Below are positions 37,368 to 47,970 of a DNA stretch of 64,000 nucleotides, piece after piece. The position numbers and the translations under genes were made by a program. How positions within the stretch are numbered: the first letter of the stretch is position 1; each line of letters begins with the position of its first letter. Origin of the DNA: a candidate division WOR-3 bacterium (GTDB lineage Bacteria > Hydrothermota > Tepidihabitantia > SM23-42); NCBI GenBank assembly GCA_020355325.1, contig CP070664.1:2589189-2653188 (forward strand), given 5' to 3'. The notes beneath the pieces are model-generated. The model had not been told where the DNA came from, searched no databases, and saw only the letters and a program-made list of their open reading frames with translations.

Positions 37368-37961
37368 ATGGACAAAAAGGTCAATAGGAGACGGAAATTT
37401 ATAATTCATAATTTACAAATAACATTGATCGTAACGCTCGTGGGATTAATCGTCGGCGTTTCTCTTGTTTTGGTCATTACGTTGTTTTTATCTATCAAAA
37501 ATAGTATCACAGAGTTGCCCATTTCACCAGAAATGATAGATCAATTATTGTCCGATTCATTGCGGACCATCGTGATTGTTGCTGTTATACTATATTTCGC
37601 AAGCCTGTGGGCATTGATCATGGTAACACATAAGATATATGGACCGTTGTATCGGTTTACGCTCTACATCAAAAAATTGAGCGAGGGGCACAAGACTACG
37701 GATCTTGTTTTTCGCAGGGGTGATGCGATCGTCGGTCTGCGAGAAATTTATAATGAGCTGCGTCGAAGTTTAGAGAGAGCCTTGTATTATGACTATCGAG
37801 AAATGGTTAAGATCTTCAGTCAACTTGAGGATATCTTGGATAAGTTGTACGGCAAACAGATTGAACACGAAGAATTATACGATTCACTCGAAAACCTCTG
37901 TCAAAGGATTGCAAAGGCATTAGACGTAACCTCGGGGGTAATAGAAACTCCAAAAAAATAA
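37368..37961 (+). CDS. small membrane protein with HAMP-like domain
   Basis: Two TM helices, then THKIYGPLYRF..RRGDAIVGLREIYNEL (HAMP-like). Start at the ATG at 37368, after GGAGG (track start is 37356). Confidence 0.55.
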   Translation: MDKKVNRRRKFIIHNLQITLIVTLVGLIVGVSLVLVITLFLSIKNSITELPISPEMIDQLLSDSLRTIVIVAVILYFASLWALIMVTHKIYGPLYRFTLYIKKLSEGHKTTDLVFRRGDAIVGLREIYNELRRSLERALYYDYREMVKIFSQLEDILDKLYGKQIEHEELYDSLENLCQRIAKALDVTSGVIETPKK

Positions 37962-37966
37962 ATGTG

Positions 37967-38833
37967 TCAGACCGCGCGCTTCACGAGGTCTGCAACCTCA
38001 GCAGGCGTATCACCAACCTTAATACTACACTCTTTAAAAATTTTAACTTTTTCCGCTGCAGTTCCCGATGTTCCTGAGATAATTGCTCCTGCATGGCCCA
38101 TGCGTTTATCGGGTGGTGCTGTTTTTCCCGCAACAAAACCAAAGACCGGTTTCTTGAAATTTTCTTTAATATAATACGCAGTATCTTGTTCGTCACGACC
38201 ACCAATCTCACCAACGATGACGACTGCCTCGGTGTCATTATCGTTTGCGAAGAGCTCTAAACAGTCAATAAACTTTGTCCCTATGATGGGATCACCACCG
38301 ATGCCGATACAGGTCGATTGACCGAGTCCTACTTTTGTAATGTGGTCGACAATTTCATAGGTGAGGGTGCCACTCCTTGAAATGACACCAACCGCTCCCT
38401 TTTTAAAGATATGACCGGGTAAAATGCCGACCTTGGCCTGACCAGGCGACACGACACCGGGTGAGTTGGGACCAACCAGTCGACAATCTTTATGTTTCAA
38501 GTAGGCAGTAATCTTCACCATTTCAATCGTTGGAATGCCTTCGGAAATACATACGATCAATGTAATGCCAGCATCGATTGCTTCGTAGATCGCGCTCACA
38601 GCAAATTTGGAAGGCACAAAAATGACTGAGGTATTTGCGTTGGTCTTTTCTACTGCCTCGGCGACTGTATTAAAGACCGGAATTCCCTCTATATCTATAC
38701 CGCCTTTGCCCGGTGTAACACCAGCGACAACCTTGGTACCATAGTTGAGCATCTGACGGGTATGAAAACTTCCATCTCGACCGGTTATTCCTTGAACAAC
38801 AAGTTTTGTATCGTTGTTAACCAAAATGCTCAT
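37967..38833 (-). CDS. sucD: succinate--CoA ligase subunit alpha
   Basis: 288 aa. [21 protein letters not shown], and the GHAGAI active-site His loop. Confidence 0.95.
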   Translation of the reverse strand: MSILVNNDTKLVVQGITGRDGSFHTRQMLNYGTKVVAGVTPGKGGIDIEGIPVFNTVAEAVEKTNANTSVIFVPSKFAVSAIYEAIDAGITLIVCISEGIPTIEMVKITAYLKHKDCRLVGPNSPGVVSPGQAKVGILPGHIFKKGAVGVISRSGTLTYEIVDHITKVGLGQSTCIGIGGDPIIGTKFIDCLELFANDNDTEAVVIVGEIGGRDEQDTAYYIKENFKKPVFGFVAGKTAPPDKRMGHAGAIISGTSGTAAEKVKIFKECSIKVGDTPAEVADLVKRAV

Positions 38834-38843
38834 CGTGCTCCTT

Positions 38844-39974
38844 TCATTGTAATAGTTCTATTGCCTTTTTCGCGCCATCATCCATTGTCGCGGCAAAGAT
38901 GAGTCCTGCTTCTTTCAAGATTTCCATTGCCTTGTCTTCGTTTGTCCCGGTTAATCGCGCAACGATTGGCTGTTTGATGTTCAAGCTCTTTTTTGCCTGT
39001 AGTATACCGTGTGCAACGTCATCGCATCGAGTAATACCACCAAAGATATTGAAGAAAATGACCTTCACATTTTTGTCTTTTAAGAGAATCTCTAGCGCGT
39101 TCATGACCTTCTCTGGTGAAGAAGAACCACCAATATCCAGGAAGTTCGCCGGCTCACCGCCGAAGTGTTTGACCAAGTCCATTGTCGCCATTGCCAGACC
39201 TGCACCATTCACGACACACCCGATGTTGCCTGTCAATCGCACATACGATAAATCTCGCTCACGCGCGAGCAGCTCGTTTTCATCCTGGCTCTCTCGGTCA
39301 CGCATCGCTTCGATATCTGGATGTCGGTATAGACCATTGTCATCGAAGTTTATTTTCGCATCCAAAGCAATGAGCCTGCCAGATTTATCTACGACTAAAG
39401 GATTTATCTCGGCGAGTGATGAATCGAGTTCAATAAAGAGTTTATATAATTTTAATGTTATAGCGGCACATTCGAACGCTACCTTTGGGTTTTCATACAA
39501 AAATAAACCAATCTCGCGTGCTTTGTGATCAAGAAGTCCGACCAAGGGGTCTGCATAGACCTTATAGATGGCCTCGGGCTTTTGTCGTGCCACTTCTTCA
39601 ATTTCGACGCCGCCTTCTTTACATGCCATCACCACCGTCTTCTTTTCAGTACGGTCATTGATGATACCGAGATATGACTCACTGGCGATTGCAACTGCTT
39701 CCGATACGAGAACTTTTCGTACTGGAATACCCTTGATCTCCATGCCGAGTATCGCGGCCGCATAGTCTTTGATTTCGACATCGGTTTTGGCAATTTTTAT
39801 GCCGCCTGCCTTGCCTCGTCCACCGACCATCACCTGCGCCTTGATGACGCAAGGGAGGCCGATTTCCTGTGAGGCAGCGACTACCTCATCGACCGTGCGA
39901 CATACCGTTTCATTTGGTATAGAAATGCTGTACTTTTTAAAAATATCCTTTGCCTGATATTCGTGGATTTTCAA
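38844..39974 (-). CDS. sucC: succinate--CoA ligase subunit beta (ADP-forming type)
   Basis: 376 aa. TTG start after GGAGG. (M)[11 protein letters not shown]-grasp fold, GGIVRCD-like GGITRCD. Confidence 0.95.
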   Translation of the reverse strand: MKIHEYQAKDIFKKYSISIPNETVCRTVDEVVAASQEIGLPCVIKAQVMVGGRGKAGGIKIAKTDVEIKDYAAAILGMEIKGIPVRKVLVSEAVAIASESYLGIINDRTEKKTVVMACKEGGVEIEEVARQKPEAIYKVYADPLVGLLDHKAREIGLFLYENPKVAFECAAITLKLYKLFIELDSSLAEINPLVVDKSGRLIALDAKINFDDNGLYRHPDIEAMRDRESQDENELLARERDLSYVRLTGNIGCVVNGAGLAMATMDLVKHFGGEPANFLDIGGSSSPEKVMNALEILLKDKNVKVIFFNIFGGITRCDDVAHGILQAKKSLNIKQPIVARLTGTNEDKAMEILKEAGLIFAATMDDGAKKAIELLQ

Positions 39975-40041
39975 TGCTTCCTCCTCTCGTAGACCTCATA
40001 GAATACCTAAAATTTGCTTAAAGTCAATACTATGGGAGAAT

Positions 40042-40980
40042 TTACGGTGTGTCTTTTAAATCATCGGTCCATTCAGGAACGATAATTCTGAATATGGTAT
40101 CGATAGTCTGTTTAAATCCTGAATCGAGGCCAACGTTTCTTAACTCGTCCAGGGCCTGGCGATATTCCTGTGTTGTGATACGCCGATCGATATCAGGGTA
40201 TTGATGTGCCTTGAACGTCGGGTAGTATTGCGCCATAACATTGACCGCGGTATTTTGTGAGAGCTCGTTACTGATAAATTCAAAACATTGTTTGCTTCCG
40301 GCAATGTTATGAGGCAGAACGAGATGCCGAATCAAGAGTCCCTGTTTTGCGATGCCGTTTTGGACGATCAGATCACCAACCTGACGATACATCTCTCTCA
40401 GGGCGGGCCGTACCACATCCCAGTAATGCGGAGCATGGGAGTATTTCTCCGCATGACTATTATCTGCATATTTAATATCAGGCATATAAATGTCTACGAT
40501 GCCATCTAATAATTTTAGTGTTTCAACAGATTCATACCCACCACAGTTATACACGATGGGTGCGGTCAACCCATGTTCTTGTGCAATGCTTAATGCCCGG
40601 ACAATTTGCGGAACCCAGGGAGTCGGTGTGACGAAATTTATATTATGACAGCCTAAGTCCTGTAGGTCGAGCATCATCTGCCAAAGTTCTTCGAGGGTTG
40701 TCTTCCTGCCCTGGCCGAGCTGACTGATGTCATAGTTCTGACAATAGACACAGTGCAGGTTACAATGGGTAAGAAAGATTGTACCTGAGCCATGCCTGCC
40801 AACCAAGGGAGGCTCCTCGCCAAAGTGTTGGTGGTATGATGAGACCTCGACCTCGAGACCTGCCTTGCAGTTTCCAATCTCACCCTTTAATCTATCGACC
40901 TCACATGCCCGCGGGCAGACCCGACAGGGTGAGAGAAGCTTATAAAACTCATCAACCAACTCCTTGGTAATCTTTTTCAT
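40042..40980 (-). CDS. radical SAM protein, PflX/PflA-like activase family
   Basis: 312 aa from the ATG at 40980 (MKKITKEL). CNLHCVYCQN is a CxxxCxxC motif. The track ORF's 5' extension overlaps hypD and is discarded. Confidence 0.75.
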   Translation of the reverse strand: MKKITKELVDEFYKLLSPCRVCPRACEVDRLKGEIGNCKAGLEVEVSSYHQHFGEEPPLVGRHGSGTIFLTHCNLHCVYCQNYDISQLGQGRKTTLEELWQMMLDLQDLGCHNINFVTPTPWVPQIVRALSIAQEHGLTAPIVYNCGGYESVETLKLLDGIVDIYMPDIKYADNSHAEKYSHAPHYWDVVRPALREMYRQVGDLIVQNGIAKQGLLIRHLVLPHNIAGSKQCFEFISNELSQNTAVNVMAQYYPTFKAHQYPDIDRRITTQEYRQALDELRNVGLDSGFKQTIDTIFRIIVPEWTDDLKDTP

Positions 40981-41002
40981 CTTTAACCTCTTCTGCCCTC
41001 TT

Positions 41003-42082
41003 TTAGTCTTTTTCTGCCTTCTTAACCCTTCTCTTATAATCCCCATACTTATAATACGCTGCGCATGCTCCCTCAGATGAAACCATGCAGGGACCAACTG
41101 ATGAAAGTGGTGTACATTTATTTCCAAAAAGACCACACTCATCGGGTGTATTGAGACCGAGCAATACCTTACCACAGATGCATCCGCGAGGTTCGATCGA
41201 CTTTGGCACGCGAATATCAAATTTTGACCGCACATCATATTTTTTATATTTATTTTTTAATTGTAAGCCCGAATTTTTTATGACACCAATACCACGCCAG
41301 CGTGCATCGGTTGGCTCAAAGACCTTATTGAGTATCTGCACTGCCTTCTTATTACCCTCGGGTTTCACAACCCGTTTATATTCAATATCAATTCGTGCTT
41401 CTCCACGTGTTATTTGCTGTACAAGATTGAGTATACCCTTTAGTATATCGATCGGTTCGAAACCGGTAATGCATCCAGGCATGCGGTATTTTTGAGCGAG
41501 AAATTGATATGGCCCAGATCCGATGATTGTCGATACGTGCCCCGGCAGTATGAAGCCGTGAATATTAATTTTCGGTGCCTGTGCAATATACTCGAGTGCC
41601 GGCGGAATGAGTTTAAATGCGGTCAGCAGGTAAAAATTTTGTACCTTCATCGTATTGGCGGCAAGTAGTGTGGCTGCAATCGTCGGTGAGGTTGTTTCAA
41701 ATCCAACACCAATGAATATAACTTTTTTTGTTGGATTTTCTTTGGCAATCATCAGTGCATCGAGCGCTGAATAGACAATTTTCGGTGAAAATGGTTCTAA
41801 ACTGGATTCTGTGCCAGGAACTCGGATCATGTCGCCAAAGGTTGTGATGATAACATCTTTCTGTTTGGCGAGCGCGATCGCATAGTCTATCGTCTCTTGA
41901 GGAGTGACGCATACTGGACACCCGGGGCCAGAAAGGAGTCTCAAATTCTTTGGAAACATACTCCTCATACCCGACTGGGCAACTGCCATAGTATGGGTAC
42001 CGCAGACTTCCATTAAGTTAATTCTTTGAAATTTAGCTTTTTCAATAGCGCAGAGTATCTTTTGTGCTGTAGTATCTTTCAA
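41003..42082 (-). CDS. hypD: hydrogenase maturation protein HypD
   Basis: 359 aa. MEVCGTHT, GPGCPVCVTP, GFETT and the C-terminal MVSSEGACAAYYKYG match remembered E. coli HypD motifs. Confidence 0.85.
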   Translation of the reverse strand: MKDTTAQKILCAIEKAKFQRINLMEVCGTHTMAVAQSGMRSMFPKNLRLLSGPGCPVCVTPQETIDYAIALAKQKDVIITTFGDMIRVPGTESSLEPFSPKIVYSALDALMIAKENPTKKVIFIGVGFETTSPTIAATLLAANTMKVQNFYLLTAFKLIPPALEYIAQAPKINIHGFILPGHVSTIIGSGPYQFLAQKYRMPGCITGFEPIDILKGILNLVQQITRGEARIDIEYKRVVKPEGNKKAVQILNKVFEPTDARWRGIGVIKNSGLQLKNKYKKYDVRSKFDIRVPKSIEPRGCICGKVLLGLNTPDECGLFGNKCTPLSSVGPCMVSSEGACAAYYKYGDYKRRVKKAEKD

Positions 42083-42099
42083 GTTATAGAGAGGATGGA

Positions 42100-43305
42100 T
42101 TATATTTTCTCAATTTGACGGTGATATACGCAAACAGTGTTCCTGCCAGCCCCCTTTGCCTCATAGAGTGCATTATCGGCTGATTTGATCAACTCAGCCA
42201 CACCCGTACCATCCTCTGGATAGGAGGAGACGCCAGCCGAAAAGGTTACTTTAACTTCTTTCTGACCGCCAATAAAGTCGTACATTCCAAGATCTCGGAG
42301 AAGATTGCCAACGACTCGTGCAGCCTCTTGTTTCTTCGTCTCAGGGCACATGACAATAAACTCATCACCACCATATCGAGCGATGGTATCAGTCTTATCA
42401 AAGTGTTTGGTGAATATTTGTGCTAACTGAATTAACAAACGATCGCCAGTCTGATGTCCATAGGTATCATTATAGGTTTTGAAATTATCTAGATCAATAA
42501 TCGCTACAGAAAGAGTATGTCGGAATCTCCTGGCACGATTAAGCTCTTCCTCCAGGCGTCCTCTGAAGTAACCAATATTGTACAGTTTTGTCAAAGGATC
42601 GGTATGGGCAGTGTACGTAATGTCCTCAAAGCTGCGTGTATTATTAAACGCAACGCCGGCAATCGCCGAGACGACGCCGAGTAAACTTCTTTCACGCACA
42701 TCCAGTTCTTCTTTACGGGTTATGGCAATGACACCGAATTTTTTATTCTGAAAAAACAGAGGATAACATATGTCAGGATAGAATACCTCGTAGGGTTCGC
42801 GAATCCCGGCTACTGCAAATTCGCGATGTCCAATAGGAAGTTTCTTTTCAAAACAGAGTCCAATTTTACCTTGTCTCTCTTTATCTTGTATCTCATAGAC
42901 GAGTTTAGGAATCCAGTCTTCATTTAAGCCTCGTTGATCTACAATTGTTAATCTCTTCTCTGCGACATCTGAGAGTAAAACAGCGACTTCGCGCGTGTCC
43001 AAAAAATTAGCAACGAGTCCAGTAATTTCCTTTGCAATATCTTCTGTTTTTAACCTTGATGTAAGTCGGAGCACCGAAGCAAAGAAGATGTTGTCCATCG
43101 AAGTGATGCGTTTCAATTCCTGCTTCAGGTGAGCATTATCTTTACGCTGTCTATCCAGTTCGTCGGCAAGTATTTCAACTTGACTCACAGTCTTTTTCCT
43201 TGCAGTCGATATCGTGAGGACATTAATAATAATAACAGTAGCTATAATAGAGCCAATACCGATTAATACAATCGTTAGCGTGTTCATACACTTAATTGTA
43301 TACAT
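42100..43305 (-). CDS. membrane-anchored GAF-like plus GGDEF diguanylate cyclase
   Basis: 401 aa. N-terminal TM helix, coiled coil, RYGGDEF active site. The start may be the internal ATG at 43287. Confidence 0.8.
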   Translation of the reverse strand: MYTIKCMNTLTIVLIGIGSIIATVIIINVLTISTARKKTVSQVEILADELDRQRKDNAHLKQELKRITSMDNIFFASVLRLTSRLKTEDIAKEITGLVANFLDTREVAVLLSDVAEKRLTIVDQRGLNEDWIPKLVYEIQDKERQGKIGLCFEKKLPIGHREFAVAGIREPYEVFYPDICYPLFFQNKKFGVIAITRKEELDVRERSLLGVVSAIAGVAFNNTRSFEDITYTAHTDPLTKLYNIGYFRGRLEEELNRARRFRHTLSVAIIDLDNFKTYNDTYGHQTGDRLLIQLAQIFTKHFDKTDTIARYGGDEFIVMCPETKKQEAARVVGNLLRDLGMYDFIGGQKEVKVTFSAGVSSYPEDGTGVAELIKSADNALYEAKGAGRNTVCVYHRQIEKI

Positions 43306-43326
43306 TTTTAAAAACTTGTCAATACC

Positions 43327-43354
43327 TTGACAATGGGATGCTCGAGGATATAAT
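43327..43354 (+). promoter_or_regulatory. sigma70-type promoter, leaderless configuration, for M55 peptidase gene
   Basis: TTGACA 43327-43332, N16, TATAAT 43349-43354. The ATG at 43360 follows after 5 nt. Confidence 0.6.
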
Positions 43355-43359
43355 TCTCC

Positions 43360-44214
43360 ATGCCAGCTCGTCTCAATGCCTTTATCTCCTTTGATTTCGA
43401 AGGAATGAGCGCTGTCTCATCATGGCGAGAGATCAAAAAGGATTCATCATCACTACAAAGGCTCCAAATGCTCGCAACCGACGAAGTGAATGCCACTATC
43501 AGAGGCATTAAACGAGCGCATAAACATGTTGGCGACATCACGGTGTGTGATTCTCATGCAGCAGGAGAGAATCTCCTCATTGAGCGTCTCGAGAAGGGTG
43601 TTTATCTTACGAAGGGTTCTCCGCGTAATTACTATATGGTTGAGGGTATTAATGAAAACTACGATATCCTCTTCTTTATTGGCTACCACGCTATGGTCGG
43701 AACAAAAAGAGCTTTAATGGATCACTCCTATTCCTCTTCATCGATTTATAATATCAAGGTAAATGGGAAATATGTTGGTGAGACTGAAATTAATGCCGCC
43801 GTGGCTGGACATCACGGCGTACCATTAGGTCTTGTCTCAGGCGATGATCAGTTGATAAAAGAAGTGAAGAAATTCTTCGGGGCATACGTTGAGACCGTGA
43901 TTACAAAATACGGTATATCGCGACATGCAGCGAAATGCCGGCATCCAGCTGATGTTCAGGAAGAGCTCGAGAATAAGGCTTTCAAGGCAGTAAAGAAGGT
44001 AAAAAAGTTGAAGCCTTTTACGTTCAAACGTCCAATAAAGGCGGAACTTGAGGTGGTTCAGTCCTTGATCGGTGATGTCGTAGAGCTCATACCAGGATTG
44101 AAGAGGGTTGAGACCCGCAGATTCAGTTTCACCACGAAGGATACACTCGAGTTTTATCGTGTACTGAGGCTTATTTGTAATCTTGGTATGCACGCTACAA
44201 CCAACCTGACCTAA
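43360..44214 (+). CDS. M55-family D-aminopeptidase (DppA-like)
   Basis: 284 aa. ISFDFEGMS.. start and an HAAGENL-type metal-ligand region typical of DppA/M55. Confidence 0.7.
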   Translation: MPARLNAFISFDFEGMSAVSSWREIKKDSSSLQRLQMLATDEVNATIRGIKRAHKHVGDITVCDSHAAGENLLIERLEKGVYLTKGSPRNYYMVEGINENYDILFFIGYHAMVGTKRALMDHSYSSSSIYNIKVNGKYVGETEINAAVAGHHGVPLGLVSGDDQLIKEVKKFFGAYVETVITKYGISRHAAKCRHPADVQEELENKAFKAVKKVKKLKPFTFKRPIKAELEVVQSLIGDVVELIPGLKRVETRRFSFTTKDTLEFYRVLRLICNLGMHATTNLT

Positions 44215-44344
44215 CCGCTTCGTCAACAAAACTTTATTCTGTACGAATACTCAGATTTCATGTGATATGACACATGCAGTACCGAGAAGAATCTACATGT
44301 TTGTTCCTTGACTTTTTGATTGTTTTCATTATGCTAATTGTGTA

Positions 44345-44998
44345 ATGATTCAGGTAAATGAATCGAAAAGTGAGCGGGAACGAATGGTGGAAAAACAGAT
44401 TACGGCACGCGGTGTTAAGGATAAGCGAGTCATTGAAGCAATGTTACACGTACCACGCCACGTCTTCGTGGAAAGCGTATACCGACACCAGGCCTATAAT
44501 GATTATCCTCTACCGGTTGGTCATGGGCAGACAATTTCGCAGCCCTACATGGTTGCGGTGATGACTGAGCTATTAGAATTAAAGGGGGATGAAGTAGTAC
44601 TTGAAATTGGAACAGGCTCTGGCTATCAAACCGCAATCTTAGCGTTCCTCTGTTCAAAGGTCTACACAATTGAGAGAATTGCTGAATTGACAAAACAGGC
44701 TCGCTCACGCCTTGAAAATTTAGGATTTCGGAATGTTAGCTTTATGGTCGGTGATGGTAGTATTGGTTGGAGTGAATACGCTCCATACAATGGTATCATG
44801 ATCACGGCGGGAGCACCAGATGTTCCGAATTCATTGATCGAACAACTCGCTGAGAATGGCAGGCTGGTAATCCCAATCGGTAGCGAATACTACCAGGTGC
44901 TCAATGTGGTGAAGAAACATAAGGGACGCATATACCGAAAAGAACTGTTTGAATGCACGTTTGTACCCCTATTGGGTAGAGAAGGATGGAAAGAATAG
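44345..44998 (+). CDS. pcm: protein-L-isoaspartate O-methyltransferase
   Basis: 217 aa. GQTISQPYMVA and the LEIGTGSGYQTA SAM-binding motif. Confidence 0.9.
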   Translation: MIQVNESKSERERMVEKQITARGVKDKRVIEAMLHVPRHVFVESVYRHQAYNDYPLPVGHGQTISQPYMVAVMTELLELKGDEVVLEIGTGSGYQTAILAFLCSKVYTIERIAELTKQARSRLENLGFRNVSFMVGDGSIGWSEYAPYNGIMITAGAPDVPNSLIEQLAENGRLVIPIGSEYYQVLNVVKKHKGRIYRKELFECTFVPLLGREGWKE

Positions 44999-45072
44999 CG
45001 GGGCGTGGCGCAGTGGTTTAGCGCGCATGGTTCGGGACCATGAGGTCGTGGGTTCAAATCCCACCGCCCCGA
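44999..45072 (+). tRNA. tRNA-Pro (anticodon CGG)
   Basis: Same fold as 37096..37169 but with loop TTCGGGA and D-loop differences. It starts at the nucleotide right after the pcm stop codon. No CCA is encoded. Confidence 0.9.
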
Positions 45073-45221
45073 TCATTAGACAAACGGAAATCAAATGGAT
45101 TTTGTGTATGGAAGTGGATCTAGTCGTGGGTTTCCCGTTTCTTTCATTATGAAAGTGTTAATATTGCAAGGAAACGGGATCCTCGTGCCGGAAAGGCACG
45201 GGACAAATCCCACCGCCCCGA
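45073..45221 (+). repeat. tRNA-Pro-derived module, copy 2: decayed tRNA copy with two-hairpin insertion in the T-loop
   Basis: gtcgtgggtt (45123-45132), hairpin tcccgtttc/gaaacggga (45133-45179), hairpin ctcgtgcc/ggcacggg (45182-45202), then acaaatcccaccgccccga. That last stretch equals the tRNA 3' end from T-loop A57 to the discriminator. Confidence 0.7.
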
Positions 45222-45252
45222 TAGATAGGGGGACAGGATACAGGGGACAGGG

Positions 45253-45711
45253 ATGAGAAGGAAGATTATTGCGGTCATTGGTGGTTCAGAACCAGATCAG
45301 AAAAGTTTAAAGATCGCTCAAGAGGTCGGTGCTTCAGTTGCTCAAAGAGGGGCGATTTTAATCACCGGTGGTCTTGGTGGCGTTATGCAGGCTGCATCGC
45401 AGGGTGCAAAAGAGGCGGATGGATTGGTGATCGGTATTTTGCCAACCGGTGATAAGCAGAGTGCTAATCGTTATGTTGATATTCCAATCGTCACCGGAAT
45501 GGGTGAGGCGCGAAATATCATCATTGCCCGAACATGTGACTGCGCAATTGCCATCGATGGAAAATACGGTACCCTTTCTGAAATCGCCTACTGTTTGATG
45601 TTCGATGTTCCCGTTATAGGTATCAATACCTGGGAATTAGATGCGCCGATCATTAGGGCAAAAACCGCTCAAGAGGCAGTTGACCTCGCCTTTCAAAAAA
45701 CTGCACAATGA
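45253..45711 (+). CDS. TIGR00725/LOG-like Rossmann-fold protein
   Basis: 152 aa. ITGGLGGVMQAAS..G and GKYGTLSEI patterns of the LOG/SLOG-type family. Confidence 0.6.
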   Translation: MRRKIIAVIGGSEPDQKSLKIAQEVGASVAQRGAILITGGLGGVMQAASQGAKEADGLVIGILPTGDKQSANRYVDIPIVTGMGEARNIIIARTCDCAIAIDGKYGTLSEIAYCLMFDVPVIGINTWELDAPIIRAKTAQEAVDLAFQKTAQ

Positions 45712-45977
45712 TGGCGCATATTATTATCCGGGGGCTTGTTCAAGGCGTCGGATACAGATTTTTTGTGATCAGAAAGGCGGAAGAGTATCATATCAAAGGA
45801 TATGTGCGTAATCTTCCTGATCATAATGTAGAAGTTGTCGCTCAAGGAGAAAAAGGTCTGGTGCATGGCTTTATAGAACAGTTAAAGATTGGCCCTGCTT
45901 CAGCACATGTTACTGGCGTTGATGTCGAGTGGAGCGAACAAGAGCCAGAGTTCATAGATTTTGATGTTAAATTTTAG
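45708..45977 (+). CDS. acyP: acylphosphatase
   Basis: 89 aa. GLVQGVGYRFF and GYVRNL motifs. 4-nt overlap with the upstream gene. Confidence 0.85.
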   Translation: MMAHIIIRGLVQGVGYRFFVIRKAEEYHIKGYVRNLPDHNVEVVAQGEKGLVHGFIEQLKIGPASAHVTGVDVEWSEQEPEFIDFDVKF

Positions 45978-46076
45978 AAAACACGAATATACACAAAAAA
46001 AAGCGCGAATTGACACGAATTTTAGGTATTTAGGCATTTTGGATTTTTAGGTATTTGTCATGTGAAGGAGGTCTCA

Positions 46077-46588
46077 TGGACTTGAAACAATACATTCGCA
46101 ATATCCCAGATTTTCCGCAGAAGGGTGTAATGTTCAGGGATATTACTCCTATTTTAAAGGAACCAGCCCCATTTAAATATGTCATCGATACGATGGTCGA
46201 CAAATATAAAAATAACAAGATAGACAAAGTAATATCGGTTGAGGCACGCGGTTATATTTTCGGCGGAGTTCTTTCATATCACCTCGAGTGCGGTTTTGTA
46301 CCGGTGCGCAAACCTGGAAAACTACCAGCAGAAACCGTTTCTATGGAATATACTCTCGAGTATGGGAAAAATATTATCGAGATTCATAAAGATGCGATTA
46401 TGAAAGGAGAACGGGTATTGGTTTTTGATGACTTGCTTGCGACCGGTGGTACAGTCCTGGCAACTTGTAAACTTGTGGAAAAGTTAGGTGGCAATGTTAT
46501 TGGTTGTGCCTTTGTTATTAATTTAGCCTATTTACATGGGATGGACAAATTGAAAGATTACGATGTATTTTACTTAGTTGAGTATTAA
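46077..46588 (+). CDS. apt: adenine phosphoribosyltransferase
   Basis: 170 aa from the ATG at 46077, after GAAGGAGG. FPQKGVMFRDITP and the VFDDLLATGGT PRPP loop. Confidence 0.9.
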
Positions 46589-47027
46589 AGACATTGTAGT
46601 AAAACAAAATACAATCTATACGCTTGGTACTGGTACACGAACCATCGGTGAATTTTTAGATATAATAAAATGTAAGGCCGTTGACGTAATCGTTGATGTA
46701 CGACGTTTTCCGACGAGTAAATTTCTACACTTTAAAAAAGAGAATTTTGCTCAGGCCTGCGTAAGCCATCATGTAGCCTATGTGTATTTAGGGAACGAGT
46801 TGGGTGGTTACCGGAAAGGTGGCTATGAGGAATACTCCAAAACCGAGGAATTTCAGGCGGGAATCGAAAAGCTAAAGCTAATGGCCGAAAAGAAGGTGAT
46901 ATGTATCGTATGTGCTGAGACTTTACCCTGGCGATGTCACCGTCGATTTATTGGTCATCATCTATCAGCTCAAGGTTATGAGGTAATACATATCATCGAT
47001 GAAAAACATGATTGGAAAACAAGATGA
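46578..47027 (+). CDS. DUF488-family protein
   Basis: 149 aa. IYTLGTGTR, DVRRFPTS and CAETLPWRCHR signature. TTG start overlapping the end of apt. Confidence 0.65.
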   Translation: MSIKDIVVKQNTIYTLGTGTRTIGEFLDIIKCKAVDVIVDVRRFPTSKFLHFKKENFAQACVSHHVAYVYLGNELGGYRKGGYEEYSKTEEFQAGIEKLKLMAEKKVICIVCAETLPWRCHRRFIGHHLSAQGYEVIHIIDEKHDWKTR

Positions 47028-47830
47028 TTAAAGTTGGGTGTTGTGGGTTTCCAGTTGGTAAAGAAAAATACTTCAAAAAGTTTTCGGTGATTGAGATTCA
47101 GTCAACATTTTATGATTTTGTAAGGGAAACAACGATTAGAAAATGGCGAGCAGAGGCACCAAAGGATTTCGAGTTTGTGATTAAAGTACCACAATTTATC
47201 ACTCATCCTACAACGTCTCCTACATACAGGAAAGTGAAAAAATTGGAAGGAATGGACCCCGCTCATTTAGGAAATTTTCAACCGACCGAAGAAGTTTTTT
47301 ATTGTTATAATAAAACAGTCGAGTACGCTACAATCTTGAGAACAAAGTTGCTCGTTTTTCAATCACCACCACGTTTTAGCCCAGATAAACAGAACGTAAA
47401 AAATATGGAGAAGTTTTTCAGGAAGATCGAGCGGAAAGGTCTTATTCTGGCATGGGAATCAAGGGGAATATGGCAGCCCGAGCAGGTAAAAAATATTTGC
47501 GCTAAACTCGATTTAATCGATGTTGTTGACCCCTTTGTTCGTGACTCGGTACACCCCGTTAGAAAACCCTGGTCTCAGGGTGTGGCCGGAAAAAGTGAAT
47601 TTACGACGACAAAAACCCCTTCTGAGTTTTCTAACGGGGTACACGGTAAGATTTTCTATTATCGCCTTCACGGTGGCAATGAGTATCACAAAAAATTTGA
47701 GAAGAAAGAATTAGTTAGTTTATATAAAGAAATAAAAAACAAAAGCGGCTATGTGATGTTCAACAATATCTCGATGTTCCAAGACGCACAGAAGCTGCGC
47801 AACTTGATTGCAGAAATTAAAAAAAGATAA
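47012..47830 (+). CDS. DUF72-family protein (YecE-like TIM barrel)
   Basis: 272 aa. GCCGFP, IEIQSTFY and PKDFEFVIKVPQFITH signature. Confidence 0.65.
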   Translation: MENKMIKVGCCGFPVGKEKYFKKFSVIEIQSTFYDFVRETTIRKWRAEAPKDFEFVIKVPQFITHPTTSPTYRKVKKLEGMDPAHLGNFQPTEEVFYCYNKTVEYATILRTKLLVFQSPPRFSPDKQNVKNMEKFFRKIERKGLILAWESRGIWQPEQVKNICAKLDLIDVVDPFVRDSVHPVRKPWSQGVAGKSEFTTTKTPSEFSNGVHGKIFYYRLHGGNEYHKKFEKKELVSLYKEIKNKSGYVMFNNISMFQDAQKLRNLIAEIKKR

Positions 47831-47936
47831 TGCAAGTTTTTATATCTTTGCATAAATGTAGAAGAAGGTTTTCACCATTCCTGCATTTTTTGTTTTAGAG
47901 GAACAGCGCTTGTGTTACGTCATCGATTCTTCAGCG

Positions 47937-47965
47937 TTGACAGAGAAGCCCGATAGTGATATTAT
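47937..47965 (+). promoter_or_regulatory. sigma70-type promoter, leaderless configuration, for DUF763 gene
   Basis: TTGACA 47937-47942, N17, TATTAT 47960-47965. The ATG at 47971 follows after 5 nt. Confidence 0.5.
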
Positions 47966-47970
47966 TGAAT

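Noticed and set aside
40981-41238. 5' extension of the radical SAM ORF (track start 41238)
   Set aside because: The extension overlaps the conserved C-terminus of hypD in another frame. The family-typical N-terminus begins at the ATG at 40980.
37096-45221. The 8-kb segment between the two directly repeated tRNA-Pro units as a genomic island or integrated element
   Set aside because: The content is core metabolism and housekeeping (sucCD, hypD, pcm, peptidase, GGDEF). There are no integrase or mobility genes and no compositional shift that I can see. The direct repeats could still mediate deletion or duplication.
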